A stretch of DNA of 64,000 nucleotides, taken from IMG/VR virus record IMGVR_UViG_3300050343_000122, positions 1-64,000 of that record, one strand, 5' to 3'. Below, in pieces: positions 1 through 11,300 of the stretch (positions are counted from its first letter, which is position 1; the number at the start of each line of letters is the position of its first letter). Made by a program: the position numbers and the translations under genes. The notes below the pieces were generated by a model. The model made no database searches. It had not been told where the DNA came from and saw nothing but the letters and a program-made list of their open reading frames with translations. This DNA is from a virus.

Positions 1-7
1 TATGTTA

Positions 8-403
8 TTAATGTACTATCTTAAGAAAGTCTCCTGTACGGTATACGTCACCCACAGTTAAGCCAGCAAACACAGCAGCTGAATTATTAGGATACTCAGG
101 AGCACCTGTTATAGGTACAGTTAAGAGTACTTCCCAATCAGACGCTGTTCCAGCAAGATTAGCAATGTAGACTTTCCCACTTGTTGCACTTTGATCAATG
201 TGTATTTTTCCTACATAAGGTGCAGGACTTACAGGCGTAGATGTGTTAAACGAAGGAACCAAGTTCAAATTAATGTTACCTAGTATCGTTTGTAGGTCAT
301 CGCCAGGATTTATAACAGCATTACCTAAGTATCTACCATTATAAATAATACATTCTGCATTTTGATACACAGCACATGTGGGACAAATTTCAGCGGTTCT
401 CAT
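8..403 (-). CDS. Small Cys-rich putative virion/fibre-associated protein
   Basis: 131-aa ORF. Its N-terminus (CPTC..CIIYNG...INPGDDLQTILGNI) resembles the N-termini of 41705..42016 and 42028..43164. A TAAATTTG element lies just upstream. Confidence 0.6.
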   Translation of the reverse strand: MRTAEICPTCAVYQNAECIIYNGRYLGNAVINPGDDLQTILGNINLNLVPSFNTSTPVSPAPYVGKIHIDQSATSGKVYIANLAGTASDWEVLLTVPITGAPEYPNNSAAVFAGLTVGDVYRTGDFLKIVH

Positions 404-410
404 ATTATTA

Positions 411-475
411 CAAATTTATGTTATTATTTTTTATTTTTAATCATTACTAGTAAAATACCTTCGTATAATATAGCA
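411..475 (-). promoter_or_regulatory. Bacteroidota-type promoter (-7 TAAATTTG at 411-418) with upstream TGCTATATTAT motif (465-475)
   Basis: Matches the TAnnTTTG consensus in an AT-rich intergenic gap. The 11-mer recurs at 58175-58185. Confidence 0.6.
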
Positions 476-481
476 ATTGTA

Positions 482-3400
482 TTATCTTCTTCTCTTTTCT
501 TGGATGGTTACATCAAAATCTTTAGCGAATTCAGCATCAAACATAGCTATCCACTGTACCATAGACTTAGTTACAGGAAGCATTCTCATTCCCTGTTTTA
601 TAGGAAGAGCATCTTCTCTAACTTCTATTGGTCCTTTATCAAGATTACCAAATTCAATACCTGTAGTTTGTCTACTCATGTGTTGAACAAAAGTACTGAA
701 TTCTTTAAGCAAACTTAATGATGGTAATATACCTCCACTTAAAGTTGAACTCCACTCTGCTGGATTGTAAAAGAACATAAGTTCTTCATAGAATCTATTA
801 AAAGATTTTCTCATGTATCTATAAGAATTCTTTTCAGCTCTATCTGCATCATCATCTGGTTCAAAGAACCCTGTTACAAATAGCATTCCTTGGAGTGTCA
901 TAAGTATAAGAAGTTCTTGTAGTTGTTTTCTTGTATTCTGTCGTACCATTTCTATGAAGTCTTCTCTGGACATGTTTAATCTTTCTCCGGTTGTTTCTTC
1001 ATAAGACTTAGCGTACTTCTCAAACATTTGATCCATTTTTTCTAGACCTGCATCAGTTATATCATTACCAAATGCACCTATAGATATTAACTCCCTTACA
1101 CTTCTTAGTAGATTAAGATGAAGAAAGTTTCCAGCAAACAATCTAACTCTTCCTATGTCATACTTCTCTCCGGTAGTCATACCATCTTCTCCTACTCGTG
1201 TAGTAAAGTCATCACCTACTTTTCTGAACTCACTAAAACGTGTGTCTACAAGTTTAGGGATCCAACCTTTAAACACCATCATGGACTTAGTCCAAATATT
1301 CATGTTCATTTTAATTTGATCGAAGTCTGTAAAACCACCAGTAGCATTTCTAGCTATAGTTCTTGTAAGATTTGTAAGACGTTGAATCTCTTTTCTATTC
1401 TTTAAATCTAAACCTGGTACTACAACTTTACCATCTACAAGTTTTTGAGTGGCTGTAATAGATTTATTTTTCTTTAGTTCTTCAATCTCTTTCTTTATGG
1501 TATCCTTTACTGAATTATATGTTGCAGCATCCTTATATCTATCTTTATATTTATTTCTTACAAACTCTTTTATATTAATTAAGTTACCATCTATAACCAT
1601 GGTGTTATCTAAAAGAGTTTTGAATAGAGATCTTTCTAAGTGTAGTTCTGGTTCTCTAAAGAATGCAAACAATGTATCCTGTGCACCCATATCTAGTTTG
1701 GCAGACTTGGAGATAACAGAGTCTTTCAACTTTTCATAAGTAGGACTCTCTTTCAGTGGCATAAATATCTCTACCAACTGCTCGAACATATCTCTCTCTT
1801 CACCTTTACGCCATTTATTTCCTACAAGTTTCAGCTCATTAGCTGCAAACTCTCTAGCGTTGAAATAATTACCTGCTTGAGCTGCTACCTGTATGTTAGA
1901 ACCAAAAATGTTAACAGCACCAGACAGAGGTTCTAGACCTAAAGTCTTTGCTTGAAATGCATTATTAAGTGTTTGCATAAACTTAATAATAGAATAGTTA
2001 CTTCCTTTTTCTCCTACATCAAACAACTCTTTACCTGTTAATTGTTTAGCGATCTTATTTATTCCTGTTCTTAATCTACCAGTAGGTACACCAAAGTCTT
2101 CACCGTCTGCAGGGAACTGATTATCATACATGATTGTTTCCATAAACAGGTCGAATATCTTTGCATTATTTTCATTACCTTTCTCTATAACTGGTTTACC
2201 ACCTTCCATAGCAGTTCTTGAAAACCTGCCAGTTTTGTAGTGATCCTTAGCATGTACTATAGTTTTTACTAGATTCATCTGACCTTCTATATCACTCATG
2301 TACTTATACTTATTCATGTGATTGATATACAAGATTTGATTCTTAAAGAACTCTAACGATACATCAGTCATATCATTTGGTCCACCCTCAGAGTCTGCAC
2401 TAAAATCAAATGTATAGTATTTAGGAATAGCATTCTCAGTAGCTCCAGTTATTTCATTGATAGAACCGTATCCTATATCGTCTGCTCTTGCAGTTAATCT
2501 AGCTCCAAAATTCTTTACAGCACTCAGACTAAAATCCCATGCCATGCTTTCTGCTGTACCTTTACGTATAAAAGGTAGGAATGTACTTTGTACTCTATTA
2601 TCTAAATAACCTATGTCTTTAGCTTTTTCATTCATCTTTGAGATGAAGTTGTACAAATCTAGTAGGTCTGGATTCTTCTTTATTTCTTTATACTCTGTAG
2701 ATTCCCATTTAGATTGTGGATGTCTTTTAATTACATAGTTGTTCCATCCATTAAAATCATTTCTACCTATATCCCACTTACGTTTGGCTTCTAGTATAAG
2801 TCTATCTCTTAAAGCTTCATCATCGTATAGTTTGTTATACTTGTCTATTTCTCTTTTTAAAAGTTCATTAGCTTCTTTTTTGTAGCCTGCGATATCTATA
2901 CTTTCTTGTAAAAACTTTTTACTTCTATTGCCCTCTTCTGCATTTTGATCTATAGCATCATAAAAATCTCTAGAGTATTTATAGATTAATTTATTTACTA
3001 AGCCACCCTCTGTGTTTGTTTGATACAAAGGTCTTACAATATCTAATAGATTACCCCCTTGTTGTTTTAGTTTATCTCTAATTGCAAGAAGTTCATTAAC
3101 TTCACCAACAGAAGTTGCTTGTGCTTCTGATTGTGCAACTCTAGCTACCCTCGACAATATTCTTAAAGAAGGTAAAGGCAACTCAGATAAACTTCTAAAT
3201 GTAGACTTCAATCCTCGTAATAGTGTTTGAGGAGAAAGTAAACCACTTACATTATTCTTTAATCCTACAAACTTATCTGCAAATTCCCCACTTATCTTCT
3301 CTATCTCTCTTAGATTTCTACTTATTTGACGTGCTTTTTCATCTATGTCTTTTAAGTATGAAGCTTGTTCTTCCTTACTAAGACCAGAGTTTTTAATAAG

Positions 3401-5329
3401 TGGTTCTAGGTCTAAGTTAATTTGAGAAAATACTTTTCCTGTTTCTAGGTATTGAACTATTCTATCTGCATAGTCTGATAACTGTGCGTCCTCAAAGTCT
3501 TCAGCAGTAGGAGGCCTGTTCTTATATGTAGTTTCAAACTCTGCAATAAGGTTTTCACCTTCTGTTTGTTGCACAACCACCGCATCGATTAAAGGTGATA
3601 GGTTTTGATTTGCTTGTGCTTGACGTATGGCAGACTTTAGTATGTTAAGACGATCTCTTTTACTTGATCTATCAACCTCATCTGTAGGCTTTGTTTTTTC
3701 TATCTGAGTATAAACTGCATTTAATTTTTGAATAAGCTCATCTAAGTCTCTCACACCAGTAGTCTCAGTCTTTTCAGATACAGGAGTTAAAGTTAAAGGC
3801 TCAACACTTGAAGGATTAACACTTCCTATACCTATTCCAACAAACTCTAATGGAGACTTGCGATCTTGAAAGTTTTGTCTCTTTAAATTTAATAGTATAG
3901 GAACAGCTCTATTCTTTCCTATTTCTTTTACTCCATAGTTATCTTTTAAGATTTGCTTGTATGTACCAAGTTGTATACCATATGCTCCTTGTTTGTACCA
4001 TGCTACATCTTTTGCACCTTTAGCTACATTCATAAACTTCCAGTCATATATATGTGACTTTCCATCTTGATCTACAATCAGTAGGTCAATTGTGCCTGCC
4101 TCTTTATTCTGTTCATCATAAATCATGACTTCAGAAAACACCATAGGGTTTTTATTATTTTTAGAAAACTCTGCTATAAGATCTGTGTAATACTTTTCTA
4201 GTTTACTATAGACCTGAGCTTTCTTAACGTCTTGTATACTTGGTGCAGGACCTGGAACTTCCCTTCTCGTACCATCTGAGTTAAAGAATCTTCCATGTAT
4301 CTCTTCGAACATATCGTGAAACTCTACACCCAGTTGTCTTTTTAATTCATTATCTCTTTTCTCTTCTGCAGTAAATGATTTACCTCTAAACTTACTAGCG
4401 TACCATGCCTTTACTCTATCTGTAACTCTTTTTAATACTCGTTGATACTCACCATTTACAAGAACTTCATAATAGTTATTTGCATTCTCGTCATCTAGTA
4501 ATAAAGGATTAGCTTCTTTTGTACTCTCAACCTTCCTAAGACTATTCTTAGTAGCTATAAGTTTTTGCTGTATTGCCTTCTGTGCAGGGGTAATTGAAAA
4601 GTAAATTTCTTTTGCACTAGCATCAATCAGGTCTCCTTCTACACCCTCTGTTACTTGTTCTGCAGCTTGTTGAAATATGTCTAGATTAGATTGTGCATAC
4701 TGCCCTCTAAACCAATCTTTTATAGTGTTCCATATCTGTCTAAAAAAACTAGTGTTTTCTTCTTCTAGTGCAGCTGGATCACTTAGTTCGTTTAAGTTTT
4801 CACTTACTAGATATGTAATTAGTTTATCCGCTGCCTCTTTCTTTATCTTTCTAATATCAGGTCTACCGTTCTCTAACTGATAAACTGGATTGTCTCTATA
4901 TTGATCTAACGTATCTTTGTATATCTTAAATCTATCTATCTTAGATATCATCTGAGTAACTAGACTTGGGTTCTGTTGCTCTAGTATAGCCGTAGCAATG
5001 TGAACCATTTCCTCTGTAATGTCTATATCTGTTGCTCCTTCGCTTACAGCAATTATCTTTCCGGTAATATCAGCAATTGCATTAGCTGAACTAAAATCTA
5101 TTTCAGGGTTTTCCTTTGCATAATCTTGTAGCTCTACAATGTTTACACCCATCTTAGCTATCAACTCTTTTACTCTAGGAGTGATAGAATTAACTCCAGC
5201 TACATCTGTATATTCCTGTGCAGGAACATTACCATTGTAATTATTCCATAAAAAATATGCTCGGTCTTCTCCTTTAGCAGCAACTAATTGTTTCCACTCC
5301 GGTAAATTTATGTTAGGACATCTTGCCAT
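482..5329 (-). CDS. Large injected cargo protein with PD-(D/E)XK nuclease-like domain and degenerate zincin motif
   Basis: 1615 aa, directly downstream of the vRNAP with a TAATG overlap at 5329. AGTIDLLIVDQDGKSHIYDWK at ~4036-4100 and EEMVH at 5000-5014; helical C-terminal half. Confidence 0.7.
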   Translation of the reverse strand: MARCPNINLPEWKQLVAAKGEDRAYFLWNNYNGNVPAQEYTDVAGVNSITPRVKELIAKMGVNIVELQDYAKENPEIDFSSANAIADITGKIIAVSEGATDIDITEEMVHIATAILEQQNPSLVTQMISKIDRFKIYKDTLDQYRDNPVYQLENGRPDIRKIKKEAADKLITYLVSENLNELSDPAALEEENTSFFRQIWNTIKDWFRGQYAQSNLDIFQQAAEQVTEGVEGDLIDASAKEIYFSITPAQKAIQQKLIATKNSLRKVESTKEANPLLLDDENANNYYEVLVNGEYQRVLKRVTDRVKAWYASKFRGKSFTAEEKRDNELKRQLGVEFHDMFEEIHGRFFNSDGTRREVPGPAPSIQDVKKAQVYSKLEKYYTDLIAEFSKNNKNPMVFSEVMIYDEQNKEAGTIDLLIVDQDGKSHIYDWKFMNVAKGAKDVAWYKQGAYGIQLGTYKQILKDNYGVKEIGKNRAVPILLNLKRQNFQDRKSPLEFVGIGIGSVNPSSVEPLTLTPVSEKTETTGVRDLDELIQKLNAVYTQIEKTKPTDEVDRSSKRDRLNILKSAIRQAQANQNLSPLIDAVVVQQTEGENLIAEFETTYKNRPPTAEDFEDAQLSDYADRIVQYLETGKVFSQINLDLEPLIKNSGLSKEEQASYLKDIDEKARQISRNLREIEKISGEFADKFVGLKNNVSGLLSPQTLLRGLKSTFRSLSELPLPSLRILSRVARVAQSEAQATSVGEVNELLAIRDKLKQQGGNLLDIVRPLYQTNTEGGLVNKLIYKYSRDFYDAIDQNAEEGNRSKKFLQESIDIAGYKKEANELLKREIDKYNKLYDDEALRDRLILEAKRKWDIGRNDFNGWNNYVIKRHPQSKWESTEYKEIKKNPDLLDLYNFISKMNEKAKDIGYLDNRVQSTFLPFIRKGTAESMAWDFSLSAVKNFGARLTARADDIGYGSINEITGATENAIPKYYTFDFSADSEGGPNDMTDVSLEFFKNQILYINHMNKYKYMSDIEGQMNLVKTIVHAKDHYKTGRFSRTAMEGGKPVIEKGNENNAKIFDLFMETIMYDNQFPADGEDFGVPTGRLRTGINKIAKQLTGKELFDVGEKGSNYSIIKFMQTLNNAFQAKTLGLEPLSGAVNIFGSNIQVAAQAGNYFNAREFAANELKLVGNKWRKGEERDMFEQLVEIFMPLKESPTYEKLKDSVISKSAKLDMGAQDTLFAFFREPELHLERSLFKTLLDNTMVIDGNLINIKEFVRNKYKDRYKDAATYNSVKDTIKKEIEELKKNKSITATQKLVDGKVVVPGLDLKNRKEIQRLTNLTRTIARNATGGFTDFDQIKMNMNIWTKSMMVFKGWIPKLVDTRFSEFRKVGDDFTTRVGEDGMTTGEKYDIGRVRLFAGNFLHLNLLRSVRELISIGAFGNDITDAGLEKMDQMFEKYAKSYEETTGERLNMSREDFIEMVRQNTRKQLQELLILMTLQGMLFVTGFFEPDDDADRAEKNSYRYMRKSFNRFYEELMFFYNPAEWSSTLSGGILPSLSLLKEFSTFVQHMSRQTTGIEFGNLDKGPIEVREDALPIKQGMRMLPVTKSMVQWIAMFDAEFAKDFDVTIQEKRRR

Positions 5330-8300
5330 TACTTACAAATTAGTTTAAATATTTCACCAGCTTGATCTTCTGTGTAACCTAAGTCAAGTAACATTGGCAC
5401 ATTGATTTCAGATATATTAAATTCTTTTGAGCCAGTTCTACCTAGTTGAACCATGTCACCTTTCTTAGCAAACATAAGTTTGTTAGGTGCGACAGATTGT
5501 GTAGGTGCAGTTCTTGTTTTTCCTTTATTATTAAATGCTTCTACAATTGATGAGTCATGCTTTTCATCAGCTTTTACTGTACCGTTATCAAATACTGATG
5601 GTCTAGGTCCAGTATAATATTCTTTAGCTCTATATCCATCTCCTAATGCATTGACATGTTTATAAACAAAATAAAGTTTTGGTTCACTCTCACCTTTTTT
5701 TGTATAGGAGTGTATAAAAGGGTCAGCAGTTGGGAGCATACTAATACTATTACCTCTTACCTTTTTAAATAGTCCTTTATTTATGAATGAATAATCTCCT
5801 TTGGAGGCCATCTCTTTTCTTTCTTTTGCATCAAAGTTTGGATTGTTCCAACTAAATGTAACAAGATCTGATTGTGCAGCTCTACTACCTGTACTTAATG
5901 TCATCACTTGAGGAATAGCTCCGGATGCTACAGAAGCTTTTACACCCTTTGGAAGATATGCCATTGCTGGATTATACACATACATACCGTTTTGTTGTTG
6001 TATCCACCTTGCTCTTTCTTGAGGTACAATTCCTGTGCTTGATTCCCAGTTGTTTCTCTCAAACATGTTCAAGGTATAGAAGTCATCTAAGGTATCAATT
6101 TTATCTAACCTAGACAAGGTTTGATTGTATATTTCTTGAAAGTCTTCATACGGCATTAAAGAAGTAAATGATATTTGTGAGTTATCTAGTCCGGACTGCA
6201 GTATACCTGTCACTATAATCTTTTTATAAAGAGCAGGGTCTATGTTTTGTTTAAGTTCACGAAACGCATATATTATGGTGTTCTGCTCATATACCTTTCT
6301 ATTATTATTCCTAAGCTTTATGTTGTTAGGAGTATCTCCAGAACGTTTTGATGGATCTGTTTCTAATAACTGAATTACCTGATTACCGTATAGTGGGTGT
6401 TTAGGATTTCCAAGTACCTCAGTAACAAATGATGCCACCTCACCTGCTGTACCATCGTTATCCACAAGCATAGTTTTTAGCATCATATTTAACTGTTGGT
6501 CTGTTTGAACAGCATAATCATATAAGCTGTTAACAGCTCTTCTAGACACTTTTATAAATTCACTATCTGGTAAATTTGTATAAGGTAGTAACACATTTTG
6601 TAATATATCTCTAGTAGTTGATTGATCTGATGTAAGCATTAAAGACATAGCTTCTCTTGCCTCTAACAATGATGACACAGTTTCTTTTAAGAATGTATTA
6701 TCTATAAGAGCCATAGCTGCAGACACTGACTCACCTTTATTATTCATTGCATAGAACACTGGATCAACCCTTTCTGTAAGAGAAATTGCTTTAGATAATT
6801 GTGCTTGTTTCTTAAACACTAAGTAAGGATCATTAAATGTTGTTGTATCCCAATTAGTTCCTTGTGTAAGTGTAAACAAGTCACGTGCTTGTTCTGCATA
6901 GCTTATAAATTCATCTAATATAAATCTTTGATACGCTTTTTCTTTATTGCTCATATTGGTTTTACCAAGTTGAGATCTCAGGTAATCTCTGAAAGGGAGT
7001 AGTTCAGACTCTTTCTCTGTTAGTTCTGAAGGACTTCCATATTTGTCTTCTTTCAGTTCATTAGCAAAGTCTTCAATAAATAACCAAGTATATCCACTCT
7101 CCTCAATTCTACGTAAATAATCTCTAACGATTGGTTGATTCATAAAGTAGGATACAGTGTCAACAGGTACACCAGCTTTAATTAAATACAACCAAGTAGA
7201 CGCTGTAGCAGGTGTCATACCTAGTTCTATAATCCACGGTCCTGCTGATATGTCTACCATACCATCTATTACCTGTCCATTTATATCAGATATAAAATCA
7301 CCAGCCGCATTCTTTACACCAGACAAAGACACTGCTTCTCCAACACCTGGTATATTTACAGTGTTCTTTCTTCTAAACTTTATTTGTTCTGGCTTTACAT
7401 ATAGTAGAGAATGTTGATTAAGAGCTAAGTTAGTTTGATTAACTGCAGCTATACCAATACCTCTTTTACCTTGAACAAATGCATTACGTAACCTAGACAT
7501 AAACCTTTTATCAAGTAAGTTTCCTATGTTACTGTAGTCAAATGCTCCTGTTCTAGTTTTATCCACAATCTCTTCTGACAATGCTTTTAATTGACTAGCA
7601 TCATTAGGAACAATAAGTCTTTCAAAGTTCTCAGGTAATGTAATAATATTTTCTGTAGACTTTATATACTGGTTCTCTAAAGATCTAGAATACATTCTAT
7701 CTACTACTGTTTGTCTGATTCCTTTTTCTTGAAGCTCAAACATGTAATCATCTATAACGTCTTGATTGTCAAAGGTTTCTCCAAAGATAGCTTCTATTAA
7801 CTCGCCTTCAAGTTCTCCAGACTCAAAGTCTTTTATTCTTTGAGCTAGTTCTTTCTGTTGAGCTTTATTAAGTAGTGCCCCACTGTCATACAGTTCTTCA
7901 AACCTTTTCTTAGCTTGATCACCATATCCATAGAAAGGTACTTCTTGTAACTTACCATTAACTACAACTGCATTCTTAAGATACATGAAAAGTTTATCAA
8001 TATCAAAATCCGATCCCACCTTCTCAACTATTGCTGCAGGAACTACAACATTATCTCCAAACTCTTTAGGTAAGAATTGTTTTATTCTTATAGCATCTAT
8101 AGAGTTTTGTTTCTGTGTAGGTATACGGAATGCTACACCGGTCAATAACTCTTGACCTTCTTCAGTGTTATTTAGGTAGTCTAATAGTTCTGCATCTGTC
8201 ATTCCCATGTTAGAGAACCAGCGACCCACCATAACCTCCATAACTCTTTTACCATCTGCATCTTCATAGAACTTAAGGACATCAGAAGTATAACCAGTCT

Positions 8301-11300
8301 TTCCATTGATAGTAGTCTTAGCTACACGATTAGACTCAAACAGAGAAGAAGGTATTTGCACCTTTTGTCCACCTGATATTTTAGGACGTATGATATTCTT
8401 CTGCACTATAGAGTATAAGATATTTCTAACTTGATTGTATGCAGGTGTGGCCTCTAATATAACATCACCCACTAAGAATCCATCAAGAGCAGAACTTATG
8501 TTATCATTAGTTTCTCTTTTAAATATCTCTTCACGCAAAGTTTTAGTAGCTGGAGCCATGTCTGTTAATTGAAGACCATCTGCTGTTTGTTTTATACCTA
8601 ACTTTTTAAACAACTGATCAAGACCTTCCTTGGTCATCTCATTAAGTAGCTCTGTGTTGTTGGCAACCTCTGCGTAAATGAGTGAAGCTTTCTGTTTTTG
8701 TTCTTCACTTAAACTAAACCATTGATCAAGTGTACCAGTGTAATCTATAGGTAGACCATTATCTAATAAATCTAGAGTTAACAATTTAGTAATTTGACTA
8801 GCAAGTGTAACTCTACCATCTTCTTTTGATGGTACCTCCGATTGTATGCTCATGATATTAAAAGGAATATTTACGATGTTATCATAAACAGCATCATTAA
8901 ATGACCCATCATCATTGTATGTAGCATGTGTTGGACCAGCCCCAACCTTTCTACCAGACTCAAATATAATATAGTCTATATCCTCTCTAAGCATTTTATC
9001 AAATAACTTCAGACCATTAGATCCAGGATTTACTTCTTTCATCACTCTGTATGACAGAGGATAAAGAGCGTATTTGTCTAATACTACATCATTTGTATTG
9101 TTGTAATCAAAGTTCTCATTTAGCCTAGCTCCAGATACGATAGGTTTCAGTGCTTTGTATGCACTTTGTACACGAGGATTACCTTCTTTTAAAAGATCCT
9201 GTTCAGCTATGCTTAATGTTTGGTTCTTATCTCTTTTATAAAAAGCAATGTCATAACGGAATTGTTTCTCTTCTGCATCATTCCAATCGTTAGCTCGTAT
9301 TCTTATTTGTCGATAAGATTTAAATCTAACAATACCACCACCATCAGTTTCTACCATCTCTTTATAATTAGGTAGATCTATTACACTAATCACATCTCCA
9401 TGAGTTACAGTTCTTAATCCATCTTTGGTAAACTGTGTAAACCCAGGACTAAATTTATCAAAGTCTCTATTCCATAATCTGTTTGCGGATGCATTCCAAT
9501 TAGGTGAATTAGATACTAGTGGTTGTCTAGGAGACAAGAAGCTCTTTGTACGCTTAAGCTCATCCTTATATTTGTATGGATCACCATAAAGAATCTTATG
9601 CATCTCTATGTTGGCAATAATATAATTAGCCTGTAGTACAATAAGTTTTCTATTCATATCTTGAATAGTCATATTAGTCATTCCTTGTACTCCATTTGCT
9701 GTGTACTTGTCTATGAGCTCTCCTGTTTTTTCGTTCTCTTGTTGTGTTATTACACCAAACCTCATTAAATAGTCAGCATACTGATCCTTACTATTTATTA
9801 CATAACTAAAGGTTCTGTCAACAATTTGATCTGCATGTAAGTCATACACCTCTTCAGCTGAAAGTGAAGAGTCTAATATATTTACTTTTATATCTTTATG
9901 AATTTCTTCCCCCAATATGTCTTTAAAGAATCTAAGATCAGTAGCATCTCTATCTCCTACTTTTGCTATAGCACGGTCCTCTCTAGCTAGATTAACTTCA
10001 GATATAAAGTATTCTCTCATTATAGTATTGAATACAACATTGTTTTGAAGTAAGTCTCTTTCGGTTATAGGGTTACCCATTTCTAAAGTGTGCTCTAAAG
10101 AAGAGTCTCCAGGGACAAGGTTCATGTATATACCACTAATGTTGTAATTTAGTTCTTGTCGAAGTCTATCAGGAAATTGAAGTCTACCTGATTTTTTAGA
10201 AGTGCCTTTTTGAGAGTTTAGTATACCACCAGCATATCCAGGTTTAAACAAGTTAAGCTTGTCTGTTCTCAAGTTACCTTCTCTATCATACATTGAGTTT
10301 AATATAACAGACCCTTGAGAGAATGCATCTGTAAGTAAATAAGCATAAGGTGTACTACCTAGTTCTTCCTTATTGCTGACAGATGTCATAAAGTTATGAA
10401 CTTCAGATGCTGCATTAGGTCCAATATATGTTTGAGCTCTTTGTCCTTCTATATTAATGTATGTACTACTTACCTCCGGATTAGCTATGTCTACTTTTAA
10501 CTCAGCTAAATTCAACAGACGTTTAGATAAGTCTAATGATTTAGTAGAGAATATTTTTAAATTCTTAGTATCCTGAATACTTTTCTTTATACCATTTACA
10601 GAAGAAGCAAATATTTTCTTTTGTGTTTGATTAAGTAATGCATACTCTTTTGAATTAAAAGGTATACCTAACTCATCTAAGAATCTAAACATATTGTTTA
10701 AGGTAGCTAAGGAGTATTTGCCCAACTTAACAGTATCAGGATTAAATACACCATCTGTTTCTTTGAATATACCGTTACCTTGTTTAGACTTAGTTACAAT
10801 AGAGTTTAGATACTGTTGTTGCATTTGTCTAGATGCTAAAGATAAATTAGCATCTGTCAAAGCAGTTTCACCGTTCTCTAAAACCATCACCATCTTAACT
10901 GAAGGATCTTGTAACTTGAAGGTTTTCCAAAGTGCAGTGGCTAATGTAAGCTCGTGTGTTTCATTAAGTGTTCTAAAATCAAATGTACCTTCACTAGCAT
11001 TTTGTTTTGTAATACGTTTATAAAGTGCATTGTAATTAGGGTCACTGATAGCTATAGATCTAAGTCTTTCTATCATGTCTTCCATGCTAGTGGAAGAAGA
11101 TAACTGCTCTAGTAATGTAATGTATACTTGTGTAGTTGGTAAAAGTTTAACACCGTTAATAGTACTAGGACTAAACCTTATGTCACCATTATCGTTGACA
11201 TTAACTATAGGAAGTGTTCCCATTAACAATCTTAGGGCTACATTAGTTTTCTTGAAGTTGTCTATTTGAGTTGCATCTAGATTAAATCCTTTGTTAGACA

